From Candidatus Thorarchaeota archaeon (GTDB lineage: Archaea; Asgardarchaeota; Thorarchaeia; Thorarchaeales; Thorarchaeaceae): DNA of 48,355 bases. The translations under genes were made by a program, and so were the position numbers. Shown here piece after piece: positions 18,238-27,156 of the stretch (the stretch's first letter is position 1; each line of letters opens with the position of its first letter). Location: assembly GCA_046758445.1 (NCBI GenBank), contig JBHIAE010000023.1, positions 1-48,355 on the forward strand. Direction: 5' to 3'. The notes beneath the pieces were generated by a model that was not told where the DNA came from, made no database searches, and was given only the letters and a program-made list of their open reading frames with translations.

Positions 18238-19983
18238 TTAGCGATCCCCAATGTCAAACAGATCGATGAAACGGAATCTGTCGACATCCACAAGTCCTTT
18301 GTCTGTGATCTTTAGCTTTGGAATCACTGGTAGAGAGAGGAACGCCATCGTCATGAAAGGCTCACTGAGATTGCTTCCCAAATCTGCGGCTGCAGCCTTT
18401 AGCTCCTGTATCTTTTCACTGACTTCCTCGACTGGCCTGTCAGACATCAAACCTGCAATGGGCAGCGGGAGTGAGGCAAGAATCTTCTCATTTCGAACCA
18501 CTGCTAGACCTCCTTGCATTCTAACTATCTGGACGGCTGCCGCAATGAGGTCGGTGTCATTTGTTGCCACCGCCACGATATTGTGGCTATCATGACCTAT
18601 CGAGCTCACCATTGCACCCTCCTTTATTCCCAGTCCTTTCACAAAGCCGATTGCAGTGACGTCAGATGCGTTGTGCCTCTCAATGATTGCAACTTTGACT
18701 AGGTCTCGGTCAACATCTGCCACTGCAAGGCCTTCGTCAATCTTCGTTGCCTCAACAAGATGCTCTGTGATCACGGTGTCTGGGACGACTCCGATTACAT
18801 TCATTTGATCTCCGCGAGCGCTAATCTGGAAGTCCTTTGGTTCAAGCCATGTTATGTTGACAGATCTTCTAAGACGCGGTGGCTCCTGTTCTCCTATATC
18901 CCAGGCAAGTTCTCCATCCTTGGCGACCAGGGCTCCCTGTTTGTACACCATCTTGACATCGACTTTCTTTAGAGAGCCAAGTACTGCAAAGTCTGCGTGG
19001 TATCCTGGAGCTACCGCTCCGCGATATTGCAGACCATAATGGCGAGCAGTTGAAATTGTGGCCACCTTGATGGCAAGAATCGGATCAACGCCGTATGATA
19101 TAGCTTCGCGAATCATACTGTCTATGTGGCCTTTCTCAATTAGGTCGAGCGTGTTGCGGTCATCCGTGACGAAGCTACAGAACATGGCTGTATGAGGCTC
19201 TATCAATTTGGCAAGATTCTTCAGATCCTTGGTCGTGGAGCCTTCTCTTATGTGAATGTGCATCCCCACAGCCAGCTTCTCCTTTGCCTCTTCCAACGTG
19301 GTACATTCGTGGTCTGACGTCACCCTGGCTGAAGCGTATGCGTTCAAGTCCATCCCGGTCAGACCGGGAGCATGACCGTCTATCTTCTTGCCTATGTCAA
19401 GAGTGACTCTGATCTTCTCCAGGATATCGGGGTCTCTGTAGATTACGCCGGAATAGTTCATCGCCTCAGCCAGTCCCAGCACATTCTGTTCAGTCAAGAG
19501 CGGTTTGATGTCAAGGAAGTCCAATGCCACACCATTGGTTTCAAGGTCCGTAGACGGAACACAAGATGGAAGCATTATGTAGAACTCCAATGGACCGCCT
19601 CTCATCGATTTGGACATGTACATGATTCCCTCCATGCCCAAGACATTGGCTATCTCATGAGGGTCAGCGACTACCGCCCCTGTCCCATGTGGTACTACTG
19701 CACGTGCATACTGAATCGGCATGACCATTGAAGACTCGACGTGAACGTGCCCATCGATGAAAGATGGAACAACAAACTTGCCCTTGAGGTCTACGACCTT
19801 GCTACCCACGTACTTCCCTATTCCGGCAATATAGCCCTCATGAATGGCAACATCGCCTTCTTCAATGTCGCCTGTGAACACATTGACAACCGACGCATTC
19901 TTGAGAACAAGATCCGCACGAGTGCGTCCTGCTGCTACATCTATCATCTCATCGAGCGGATAATCCAAGCGAGGCATAAACAT
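18238..19983 (-). CDS. ade: Adenine deaminase
   Basis: DGHVHVESSM, DPHEIANV, DGHAPG, SDHE, IREGS, VTDD, HDSHN, LPVIPKLKITDKGL. Confidence 0.96.
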   Translation of the reverse strand: MFMPRLDYPLDEMIDVAAGRTRADLVLKNASVVNVFTGDIEEGDVAIHEGYIAGIGKYVGSKVVDLKGKFVVPSFIDGHVHVESSMVMPIQYARAVVPHGTGAVVADPHEIANVLGMEGIMYMSKSMRGGPLEFYIMLPSCVPSTDLETNGVALDFLDIKPLLTEQNVLGLAEAMNYSGVIYRDPDILEKIRVTLDIGKKIDGHAPGLTGMDLNAYASARVTSDHECTTLEEAKEKLAVGMHIHIREGSTTKDLKNLAKLIEPHTAMFCSFVTDDRNTLDLIEKGHIDSMIREAISYGVDPILAIKVATISTARHYGLQYRGAVAPGYHADFAVLGSLKKVDVKMVYKQGALVAKDGELAWDIGEQEPPRLRRSVNITWLEPKDFQISARGDQMNVIGVVPDTVITEHLVEATKIDEGLAVADVDRDLVKVAIIERHNASDVTAIGFVKGLGIKEGAMVSSIGHDSHNIVAVATNDTDLIAAAVQIVRMQGGLAVVRNEKILASLPLPIAGLMSDRPVEEVSEKIQELKAAAADLGSNLSEPFMTMAFLSLPVIPKLKITDKGLVDVDRFRFIDLFDIGDR

Positions 19984-20092
19984 GGAGAGTCACTCCCGAA
20001 ATGAATTGGCTTCTGGAATGAAAAGGCTTTCCTAGCTAGGTTCCCCAACCAGCATGTTTATGAGCGCAATTCACTATAGTTAATTGATTACA

Positions 20093-20206
20093 ATGGACCA
20101 CGCTGAAGAGTTCAAGTGTAAGATTTGTGGGCACAAATCCAAGACGAAAGAAGAGGATCAGAAACACGTCCGAGAGACCCATCCTGAGATGGCAAAGGAC
20201 ATGTAG
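20093..20206 (+). CDS. 37-aa C2H2 zinc-finger microprotein (not in the ORF track)
   Basis: MDHAEEFKCKICGHKSKTKEEDQKHVRETHPEMAKDM = F-x-C-x2-C-x12-H-x4-H; AT-rich upstream region; tandem TAGTAG stop. Confidence 0.8.
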   Translation: MDHAEEFKCKICGHKSKTKEEDQKHVRETHPEMAKDM

Positions 20207-20258
20207 TAGCAGGATTGACATAGAATCTTGGCCCTGATCTTCTCGTTGTCCTAGTGGA

Positions 20259-20299
20259 GCCTAGGTCAGACCTCTTTTTTTGGGGGGGAGGACCTGGGC
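20259..20299 (+). terminator. Hairpin, probable terminator or leader structure
   Basis: GCCTAGGTC...GACCTGGGC arms enclosing a CCTC-T-run-G-run inner stem; T-rich tract downstream. Confidence 0.45.
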
Positions 20300-20398
20300 A
20301 TTCGCTTCATTTTTAACTGAAGTTGTCTGGGTGCGTTGATTGAGAGCTGACGCCGGGCTGACTGGTATTAGGTACTCAAGGACTAAGGAGATACGACT

Positions 20399-21076
20399 TT
20401 GTCGTGGTTCCAAAGATATCCAATTAGGAAGGACTCCAAGAGCATAGCTCTTTTGGCCATCTTCGTATCGATGGTGGTTGCCCTAGAGGTCTACCCAATA
20501 CTGGGTGTGACCGATATCGGAGTGCCAGGAGGCTTCACAATCGACTGGACGGGCATTCCCATCGTTATTGTCTTTCTTGGACTGGGCCTCGTCTACTCAC
20601 TGGTAGCAATCGTTGCCATGTGGATGGCGATCGCCTATCGGAACTTCAGCGGAGCGGCTTTCAAGGGCTTTGCCGAGTTCTACACGATAGTTGGGTTGCT
20701 GGTTGCCAAGCTTCTGACCATGCGATACAACATGGGTAGAGGGACTCGTGTACTTCTCTATCTCGTGTTTGGTTCATTGTTCAGAGTCGTTGGAATGTTT
20801 TTCACGAACATCTACCTGATCCAAGTGTTTTATTCAGCGCTTCCGGATGCTGCTGTCAGTCTATCAGCAACTTTCGTTATTCCAAACCTAGTTCAGGCAA
20901 CCATCAACATATTGGGCGGAGTATTGCTTTATCACCTAATCCCCGAGAATTTGGCACTTCAGGCGGGCCTAGGGGATGACGCCGTCAGCGCGTCTTCTAG
21001 TGTTGAAGAGCTTCCGTCAGAGGAAATTGAGAGTTCTTCGATATCGAGTTCGGGCATAGAGAACGATCAAGGTTGA
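20399..21076 (+). CDS. ECF transporter S-component-like membrane protein
   Basis: IALLAIFVSM, TIDWTGIP, GAAFK, FRV..M, IPNLVQATIN; about 6 TM. Confidence 0.7.
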   Translation: MSWFQRYPIRKDSKSIALLAIFVSMVVALEVYPILGVTDIGVPGGFTIDWTGIPIVIVFLGLGLVYSLVAIVAMWMAIAYRNFSGAAFKGFAEFYTIVGLLVAKLLTMRYNMGRGTRVLLYLVFGSLFRVVGMFFTNIYLIQVFYSALPDAAVSLSATFVIPNLVQATINILGGVLLYHLIPENLALQAGLGDDAVSASSSVEELPSEEIESSSISSSGIENDQG

Positions 21077-21085
21077 TCAGTAAAC

Positions 21086-21841
21086 ATGAAAGTCAGAGAA
21101 CTCAAACTAGTGCCAATTCGGGAGGTTCCCCTGGTGACACAGGGGGATGACCTCCCTTCTATTTTGCTTCAGTCCCTGCAGGCGAGCCGAACCAACCTGC
21201 AACTTGGCGACGTTCTAGTCGTCACACATTCTATTGTGTCGATTGCAGAAGGCAGTCTATATCGACTCTCAGACATTGAAGTTTCTGATGAGGGCAGGAG
21301 AATTGCAGAAGAAAACAATAGACCACCGGAGTACGTTGAGGTAGGACTCCGAGAGGCCAAGAGAATCATTCGTGAGACTCCAGTCTTGATCACTGAGTCA
21401 AAACATGGAATCATCTCGGACTACTCTGGCGTCGATGGTAGTAATGCCCCCAAAGGCACCGTCCTTGTTCTTCCCGATGACCCGGATCTATCTGCCAAGG
21501 GAATCCATGACAGACTCTCCGCTGAGCTTGGATTCAGCGTGCCCGCGATTATCAGCGATACACAAGGTCGCCCGTGGCGGAAGGGCGCTGTCAATGTGGC
21601 CATAGGAGTTGCAGGTTTCTCACCATTCGTTGAGAATGCTGGGAGAGAAGACCTCTATGGAAGACGTCTTCGATCGTCTCTGACTTGCCTTGCTGATGAG
21701 GTCGCGGCGGCTGCAGAGTTGGTCATGGGTCAGGCGGATGAAGGCGTTCCTGCAGTCCTTGTGCGCGGATTGAGGTTCGATGAAATGGACGGACACGCCA
21801 CCGATATCCCTCGACGTGAAGAGAACTTGCTTTTTGACTAG
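21086..21841 (+). CDS. cofE: Coenzyme F420-0:L-glutamate ligase
   Basis: GDVLVVTHSIVSIAEG, SGVDGSN, LPDDPD, ISDTQGRPWRKG, DLYGRRL, GQADEGVP. Confidence 0.93.
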   Translation: MKVRELKLVPIREVPLVTQGDDLPSILLQSLQASRTNLQLGDVLVVTHSIVSIAEGSLYRLSDIEVSDEGRRIAEENNRPPEYVEVGLREAKRIIRETPVLITESKHGIISDYSGVDGSNAPKGTVLVLPDDPDLSAKGIHDRLSAELGFSVPAIISDTQGRPWRKGAVNVAIGVAGFSPFVENAGREDLYGRRLRSSLTCLADEVAAAAELVMGQADEGVPAVLVRGLRFDEMDGHATDIPRREENLLFD

Positions 21842-22557
21842 TAGAATGAAACACCGAAGAATGGCAGTATGAGAATGACGCCAACTATGACAAAGAGAGC
21901 TCCTATCATGATCTCAAGCTTCCTTGCATTCTCTGACGTCATGGTCATCATACGGGTCCTAGCTTCGCCTGTCACGAATGCAATCGTTAGATAGGGAATT
22001 GCCACACCAATGGATGCTACAACGTACATGAGAAGGAGAAGCAGCACATTCGTCTGAGTACTGAAGACTAGGAAAACTCCGAAGAGTAAAGGAGCCGCGC
22101 AAGGTGCAGCCATCAGTGAATAGCCAAGCCCAATAGAGAATACTCCAATAAGACCGGTGGGATTGGTTGGAGGTGTCTTAAGGTTTAGAGAGGACACTCC
22201 GAGTCTTGTCTGCAGAGTATCTGATATTGTCAAGATGCCGAAGAAGACGATGAATCCTCCCAATATAGCCTGAAGGACAGTGTGGTTCTGTATTAAGAAT
22301 AGCCCTATGAACACTGCAATAGCAGCGAAGACGGCCAAAGAAACCAAGATGCCCATAATAAGCGTTGAACTCACAAGAACGCGTCTTCTCCGGCTGTCTT
22401 CTGACTGAAGAGTTCTCATCAGGAATAATGGCAGCATGGGGAAGAGACAGGGCGATATTGCCACGTAGAATCCTGAAAAGAAGGCCACAAGGAGGTCAAT
22501 CAGTGTACCGAATATGTCCTGCATATCGCCGCACCTTCTGATGCCTACCGCTATCAC
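21838..22557 (-). CDS. ccdA: CcdA/DsbD-beta thiol-disulfide membrane transporter
   Basis: ISPCLFPMLP and AAPCAAP conserved Cys motifs. Alternative start at 22524. Confidence 0.88.
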   Translation of the reverse strand: MIAVGIRRCGDMQDIFGTLIDLLVAFFSGFYVAISPCLFPMLPLFLMRTLQSEDSRRRRVLVSSTLIMGILVSLAVFAAIAVFIGLFLIQNHTVLQAILGGFIVFFGILTISDTLQTRLGVSSLNLKTPPTNPTGLIGVFSIGLGYSLMAAPCAAPLLFGVFLVFSTQTNVLLLLLMYVVASIGVAIPYLTIAFVTGEARTRMMTMTSENARKLEIMIGALFVIVGVILILPFFGVSFY

Positions 22558-23093
22558 ATTAGTTGCGTGAGGGTTTCATTCATGCTACTTTCTCCCCAGA
22601 AGCCTTCATGAAACCATCTCAGGTATCCTGCATCATCAATGATTACAATTGAAGGAATGTAGATCACATTGAAGTAGTTGCCGAAGACGCCATTGGTGTC
22701 AAGTCCGTGTGGCCAAGGCAAGTTCTTCTGTGCTTTGTAGTCGGCCATCATGGCTTCAGTTTCAGAGAAGTCAACTGTCAGAGAGATTAACCAAATTGAG
22801 TCTCCCATATTGTCGTATATTGCTTCCAGCTCAGCGTTTTCGGCTTCACATGTAGTGCACCACGTTGCCATGAGATCCACAATTAGGAAACGACCTCTAT
22901 AAGAATGAAGTGAGGTTGTGCTTCCGTCGGACATGGTCAGCGTCCAGTCAGGGGGCTGAATACCACGATCCAGGAGATCAGTATCCTTAACAATCCCTTC
23001 ACCTGGGCTGTTGATGAACAGGAAGCCCACTGCGAGTCCGATGACAACTGTTGACGAGATGACGATGACAATCAGGGCTCTCTCTTTCTGCAT
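22554..23093 (-). CDS. Membrane-anchored TlpA/ResA-like thioredoxin
   Basis: N-terminal TM, PDWTL, DLMATWCTTC, IPSIVIID. ATG at 23093 preferred because the 23492 start overlaps the divergent gene. Confidence 0.88.
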   Translation of the reverse strand: MQKERALIVIVISSTVVIGLAVGFLFINSPGEGIVKDTDLLDRGIQPPDWTLTMSDGSTTSLHSYRGRFLIVDLMATWCTTCEAENAELEAIYDNMGDSIWLISLTVDFSETEAMMADYKAQKNLPWPHGLDTNGVFGNYFNVIYIPSIVIIDDAGYLRWFHEGFWGESSMNETLTQLM

Positions 23094-23241
23094 GACGCAA
23101 CCTCTGCAGAGTCCTCGTGGAGTGGTTCTTCCGCGAAACATAAGAGTCTTCACATTGGTGAAAGGGTTTCGGGTATCAGAACCTTCGACCATCACCAATA
23201 TGCTTAGATGGCTGAACGGTCGACTCAATGCGTGAGATAAG

Positions 23242-24192
23242 ATGGCTGATGAACTGAACAGGTTTCTCCTTCCTCTCGTATTCACAATAGTCGGTTTTAT
23301 GGCCGTAGTGGGCCTTATCATTCGAATACCTGATCTTTCTGGAACGCCGTTGGCTACGTATGACTTAGTGAGCCCGTTTCCCGGAGGTCTGTCTTCAGAC
23401 CTATTCAGCATCCTTCTCCTTGCCATTCCTCTGTACTTTTTTGAGTTCTTTATCCTAGCAGTTCCAGTAGCGGCTCTGATGTTGCTCGTCAACAGACTCT
23501 ATCGAGTCAAGTCATATACACAGAGTGTCATGAGCGTCGGCAGCAGGTTTGGAGCATCACGAATAATCCGTAGGGCGATCGTGCCAGCACTCTTTGCTTT
23601 GTCATTTAGCGGGATTGCACAACAACTCTTTCCGAATCTATTGGTCGGCCGAGTGGACTACGCAAGTGGCATTGCCAACGTACCTATTCTGACAGCAATG
23701 GAGCCTCTGATCTGGCTGATTGGAGCACTGGTTGCAATGTTTGCAGCAATCCTGATATTCGCTCCGACATGGCTGCTAAACGACTCAGGAATCGTATCAC
23801 ACCTGAAGGAAGAGGAGCTGCAGATGCGACGATGTCCTGACACAGAGGGAGTCGGCAAGTGGTATAGCCACTATGTTTCAGGATTTGCCCTGCTGTCATA
23901 TCCCGTGACCACCGCCCACAAATTCATCATAGCGATTCCAACACTGATCATTGAGCGTGGAGGCACCATCGGACCAGTCTATATATCCGAGAGCTTGGTG
24001 TGGATTGTCGGACTGCCGCTGGTGGCGATGGCATTCATAATTCCTCTAATCATCTTGAACGAGCTTCTGCTCTCAAGAACGTCAGGGGTTGTTCGGGGCG
24101 CGGCTCTGCGACTGGGTGCAATTGACACTACGTATGAGGCGATAGAACCTGGACCTGTCGAGGAGGAATCCGGGACTTCTCAGTGGACATAG
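23242..24192 (+). CDS. Hypothetical multi-pass membrane protein
   Basis: About 6 TM; WLLNDSGIV..EGVGKWY soluble loop. Confidence 0.7.
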   Translation: MADELNRFLLPLVFTIVGFMAVVGLIIRIPDLSGTPLATYDLVSPFPGGLSSDLFSILLLAIPLYFFEFFILAVPVAALMLLVNRLYRVKSYTQSVMSVGSRFGASRIIRRAIVPALFALSFSGIAQQLFPNLLVGRVDYASGIANVPILTAMEPLIWLIGALVAMFAAILIFAPTWLLNDSGIVSHLKEEELQMRRCPDTEGVGKWYSHYVSGFALLSYPVTTAHKFIIAIPTLIIERGGTIGPVYISESLVWIVGLPLVAMAFIIPLIILNELLLSRTSGVVRGAALRLGAIDTTYEAIEPGPVEEESGTSQWT

Positions 24193-24787
24193 AAGCATCC
24201 CAGGGCGCACTGAGGAAGAGGATCTTGTGCGGCCTTAGCTTCTTGTTTACTGCGACATGACCTCTCGCCATCAGTGACTTCACATACTTGCGAATCTTGC
24301 CCTTTCCGATATCGCACTCTCTCGAGAGCTCATCATAGGTGGTACTGCCAAGCTGCTGGAGAGTCCTAAGAAGAACGTATTCCGGCATCTCTGCAATTGC
24401 CTCTCTTAGTGCTTGATTCTCACGTCGGAGACCGCTATCATCACTAGCGAGAATTCTTGATACAGTCTCTCTTTGATTGTCAATCGTCTGATTTAGGGCA
24501 AGTCTCTCAGCCTCATATCTAGCGAAGACCCCACTGGATGCGTGAAGAAGCTCAGTACTGAGGTCGTTTGCCAGACCGTCGACAGCTTCCTTGGATGCAA
24601 GTCTTGTCTCCTTAATCAGTCCAGCTATGTCAGCGGAGTCTAGCCATTCTCCATCGATGAGGCGCTCGACTTCCGCAAAGTACGAATCTAGTCTCCTCAT
24701 CCAGACATCCCTAAGTTCTTGAAAGACTCCAGCTACTCGTAGTGTTGCTCTGGCGGCCGCTTCTTCGTGGTGACTCATGCAATTCAC
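24128..24787 (-). CDS. Coiled-coil protein with C-terminal winged HTH
   Basis: Helical N-terminal half; STTYDELSRECDIGKGKIRKYVKSLMARGHV HTH. Confidence 0.7.
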   Translation of the reverse strand: MNCMSHHEEAAARATLRVAGVFQELRDVWMRRLDSYFAEVERLIDGEWLDSADIAGLIKETRLASKEAVDGLANDLSTELLHASSGVFARYEAERLALNQTIDNQRETVSRILASDDSGLRRENQALREAIAEMPEYVLLRTLQQLGSTTYDELSRECDIGKGKIRKYVKSLMARGHVAVNKKLRPHKILFLSAPWDASMSTEKSRIPPRQVQVLSPHT

Positions 24788-24857
24788 CTAAGCGACAATA
24801 GAGCTAGCAAAGATAGGAGCTAGTGTCATCCAGGTATGACCTAGAGAACAAGCGTTT

Positions 24858-25547
24858 CTACACCCACGTTATTCTATCCATCATCTCTTCAATTGGCCGT
24901 GGGAAGTAGTCTCGGTGCTGCAGTTTGGAATTCGCGACCACGACTGTGGAGTCGTCCACGACCAGATGCTCCAGTTGCATTGCATTGAACAACGGAGATA
25001 TGTTGACCATGCTCAAAGAATTGCCATTAAGAAGGACGTACCTGAGGTTTCTGCACCGCTTTAGGGGAGTGAGTCTAATCCTCGAAATCTTGTTGTCCGA
25101 GAGAACTAGGTACTGCAACTTCGTGCAGCGCTCAAGAGGGGTCAGGTCAACGGCCAGAATCTGGTTGTTAGAGAGGTATAGCCATCTCAGATTGGTGCAC
25201 CCTGCAAGCGGTGACAGGTCTATTGTGCCGATCTCGTTCTGAGACAGATCCAGCGCCTCGAGGCTACCGCATCTCGCTATTGGGGACAGATTGACCGCAC
25301 TCAGTTTGTTGTCGGCAAGAATCAACATCTTCAGTTTGATGCATTCGTATATGGGCCCAAGGTCAATCTCAGTCAACTCATTTGATTTCAGGTTCACGGA
25401 TTCAAGTTCTCTCAGTGAGCTCAATGGTGCCAGGTTGATAGAAGCAACTCTCATGTCTTTCAGGCTAAGCTCTGTTTCGTAGACGTCCTTGTCTGTCTGG
25501 AGCTGTTCGCCTGCCGTGGTTGCAAATCTTATGACTACCCTGCCCAG
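24858..25547 (-). CDS. Leucine-rich repeat protein (22-aa repeats)
   Basis: Repeats LxxLxLSxNxIxxIDLSPLxxC. Frame is open upstream to a CTG at 25547 preceded by GGAG; first ATG is at 25454. Confidence 0.88.
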   Translation of the reverse strand: MGRVVIRFATTAGEQLQTDKDVYETELSLKDMRVASINLAPLSSLRELESVNLKSNELTEIDLGPIYECIKLKMLILADNKLSAVNLSPIARCGSLEALDLSQNEIGTIDLSPLAGCTNLRWLYLSNNQILAVDLTPLERCTKLQYLVLSDNKISRIRLTPLKRCRNLRYVLLNGNSLSMVNISPLFNAMQLEHLVVDDSTVVVANSKLQHRDYFPRPIEEMMDRITWV

Positions 25548-25734
25548 TTCAACCGTCTCCTGAAATCCACTCTTGACGTAATGAAGAAACTACCTCATTT
25601 CTTTTACTGTTTTTCGAATCTGAGTCTTCTCAATGATTTGATATCATGACAAGTCTCTCACAAGGGTAATAAGAGTGAGGTATGCACATTTCTTCATCCT
25701 GCGGATGGGAGATTGTGAGGTTCGTCCTCACTGA

Positions 25735-25815
25735 GAAGCACACGCTGGAGGAGCAGCTGTCATCGTTGTTGTAGTGATCATCGTTTCGAGAAGACGGGGC
25801 GGCGGTGGCGAGTAA
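25735..25815 (+). pseudogene. Orphan C-terminal membrane-anchor remnant
   Basis: EAHAGGAAVIVVVVIIVSRRRGGGGE* directly after an in-frame TGA and followed by a hairpin. Confidence 0.45.
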
Positions 25816-25832
25816 GCCTCAAAAGTAGGAGA

Positions 25833-25855
25833 CTGGCGGCCCATTGGGCAGCCGG
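25833..25855. terminator. GC-rich hairpin followed by a pyrimidine tract
   Basis: CTGGC-G-GCCCA-TTGGGC-A-GCCGG then GTTTCATCCTCTCTCTTTT. Confidence 0.5.
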
Positions 25856-25879
25856 GTTTCATCCTCTCTCTTTTCCAAT

Positions 25880-26437
25880 CTAGTATCGCACAACTCGGGT
25901 CTTCTCAATGTGAGCCCATGGGACCGGAACTTGAGTAGTGGCCCGGATTCTGTTGATGAGTTCTAGAGTGCCTTCAGGGTTGTGAAGGTCTGAGAACACT
26001 ATTGTTGGCTTGTCCTTACTCTCTGAAGTGTATATGTTCACGTATCCTAGGTTGATGACCCTCCCTTCTGGATGCGTGGACATCTCCACTGACTCAATCT
26101 CATCATAGAAGACACGAGTGGTCACTCTGTTGTAGAACCCTTTCCTGACTCGGAGGTTCCAGGTTGTCACTATATACAGTGTATAATGACGTTTCGACTC
26201 CCCAATTATGACCAACAACAGACCTAACGACATCGAGGACATGCCAAGCCACCAAGCGAACTCATCATAGGGCACCAGCCCGGCTGACACTGTCACATTG
26301 AACAACCACCCGAAGACGAAGAACACTAGTCCGACTATGTAGTAGTGAAGGTATCTCACTCGAGCAGGATGGCGAATTGCCAACAGCTTCTCACGGTCTT
26401 CTGCTGCGAGCTGATGCGGTTCAATCATGGGGGCCAC
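25880..26437 (-). CDS. 2-TM protein with bacterial PH (bPH_2) domain
   Basis: YIVTTWNLRVRKGF..VFYDEIESVE..LGYVNIYT. Confidence 0.8.
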   Translation of the reverse strand: MAPMIEPHQLAAEDREKLLAIRHPARVRYLHYYIVGLVFFVFGWLFNVTVSAGLVPYDEFAWWLGMSSMSLGLLLVIIGESKRHYTLYIVTTWNLRVRKGFYNRVTTRVFYDEIESVEMSTHPEGRVINLGYVNIYTSESKDKPTIVFSDLHNPEGTLELINRIRATTQVPVPWAHIEKTRVVRY

Positions 26438-26462
26438 AGAGATGCACGCTATGTCTATCTTA

Positions 26463-27119
26463 TCAAGTTGTCGCGCCCGAGTTCAGAGTTATGGTTTCGT
26501 CATCTGATGGCACAATGCATCGGACATTGGGCAACTGCTCTTTCATTTCCCTGCAGAACGCTCCAGGACTCCTATAGAGCCAGTGCATCGGAACTACCGT
26601 TTCTGGTGGACTGTTAAACTGACTGAGTTGCGAGATTGCATTCTTGGGAGAGGTTGACACTGCACCACCAATGGGGACTCCAAAGACACTGAGTTCAAAG
26701 TCAGAGAATCCGAGAAGTGTCCTAGTGTCACCCGGATGGCCAAACGAGAAACCATCCGTTCGGACCACAACACCAACATCGATTACATTCCTGAAGAGAC
26801 CGTGACGACACTCAACGAACTCAAGATTCCAAGGACCGTTCGAATAAGTGTCGCCGGGGTAAACTGTAATCGTGCGTTCTGACCACCTTGAGAATGCTCT
26901 TGCCACTTGGTCGTTTGTGATAAAGATTGCCTTAGGATTTCGTTCGAGAAAGGTGTTGACGCCGCCAGTATGGTCATAGTGCTTATGAGTGCAGTACAGG
27001 ATGTCACCTTCGCGGTCACCTGACTTCTCATCCTTCGGATCAATGACAAAACTGCCTGATTTCAGTAGTATGTGGAACCCGGACTGTCCAAGATAGCGTA
27101 TTTGGGGTACCTTTGCCAA
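26463..27119 (-). CDS. MBL-fold metallohydrolase
   Basis: YLGQSGF, IDP, THKHYDH, HPGDT, VPMHW. TTG at 27119 after AGGAG. Confidence 0.9.
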   Translation of the reverse strand: MAKVPQIRYLGQSGFHILLKSGSFVIDPKDEKSGDREGDILYCTHKHYDHTGGVNTFLERNPKAIFITNDQVARAFSRWSERTITVYPGDTYSNGPWNLEFVECRHGLFRNVIDVGVVVRTDGFSFGHPGDTRTLLGFSDFELSVFGVPIGGAVSTSPKNAISQLSQFNSPPETVVPMHWLYRSPGAFCREMKEQLPNVRCIVPSDDETITLNSGATT

Positions 27120-27156
27120 TTCTCTCTCCTCCTGTTTGCTGGGACATCTCTTGACT

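Noticed and set aside
20036-20221. 61-aa minus-strand ORF
   Set aside because: Antisense to the better-supported C2H2 microprotein
23094-23492. Long N-terminal extension of the TlpA ORF
   Set aside because: Overlaps the divergent gene and its promoter region; ATG at 23093 gives a normal anchor
24858-25454. 66-bp periodicity as a DNA repeat array
   Set aside because: Explained by 22-aa LRR coding repeats
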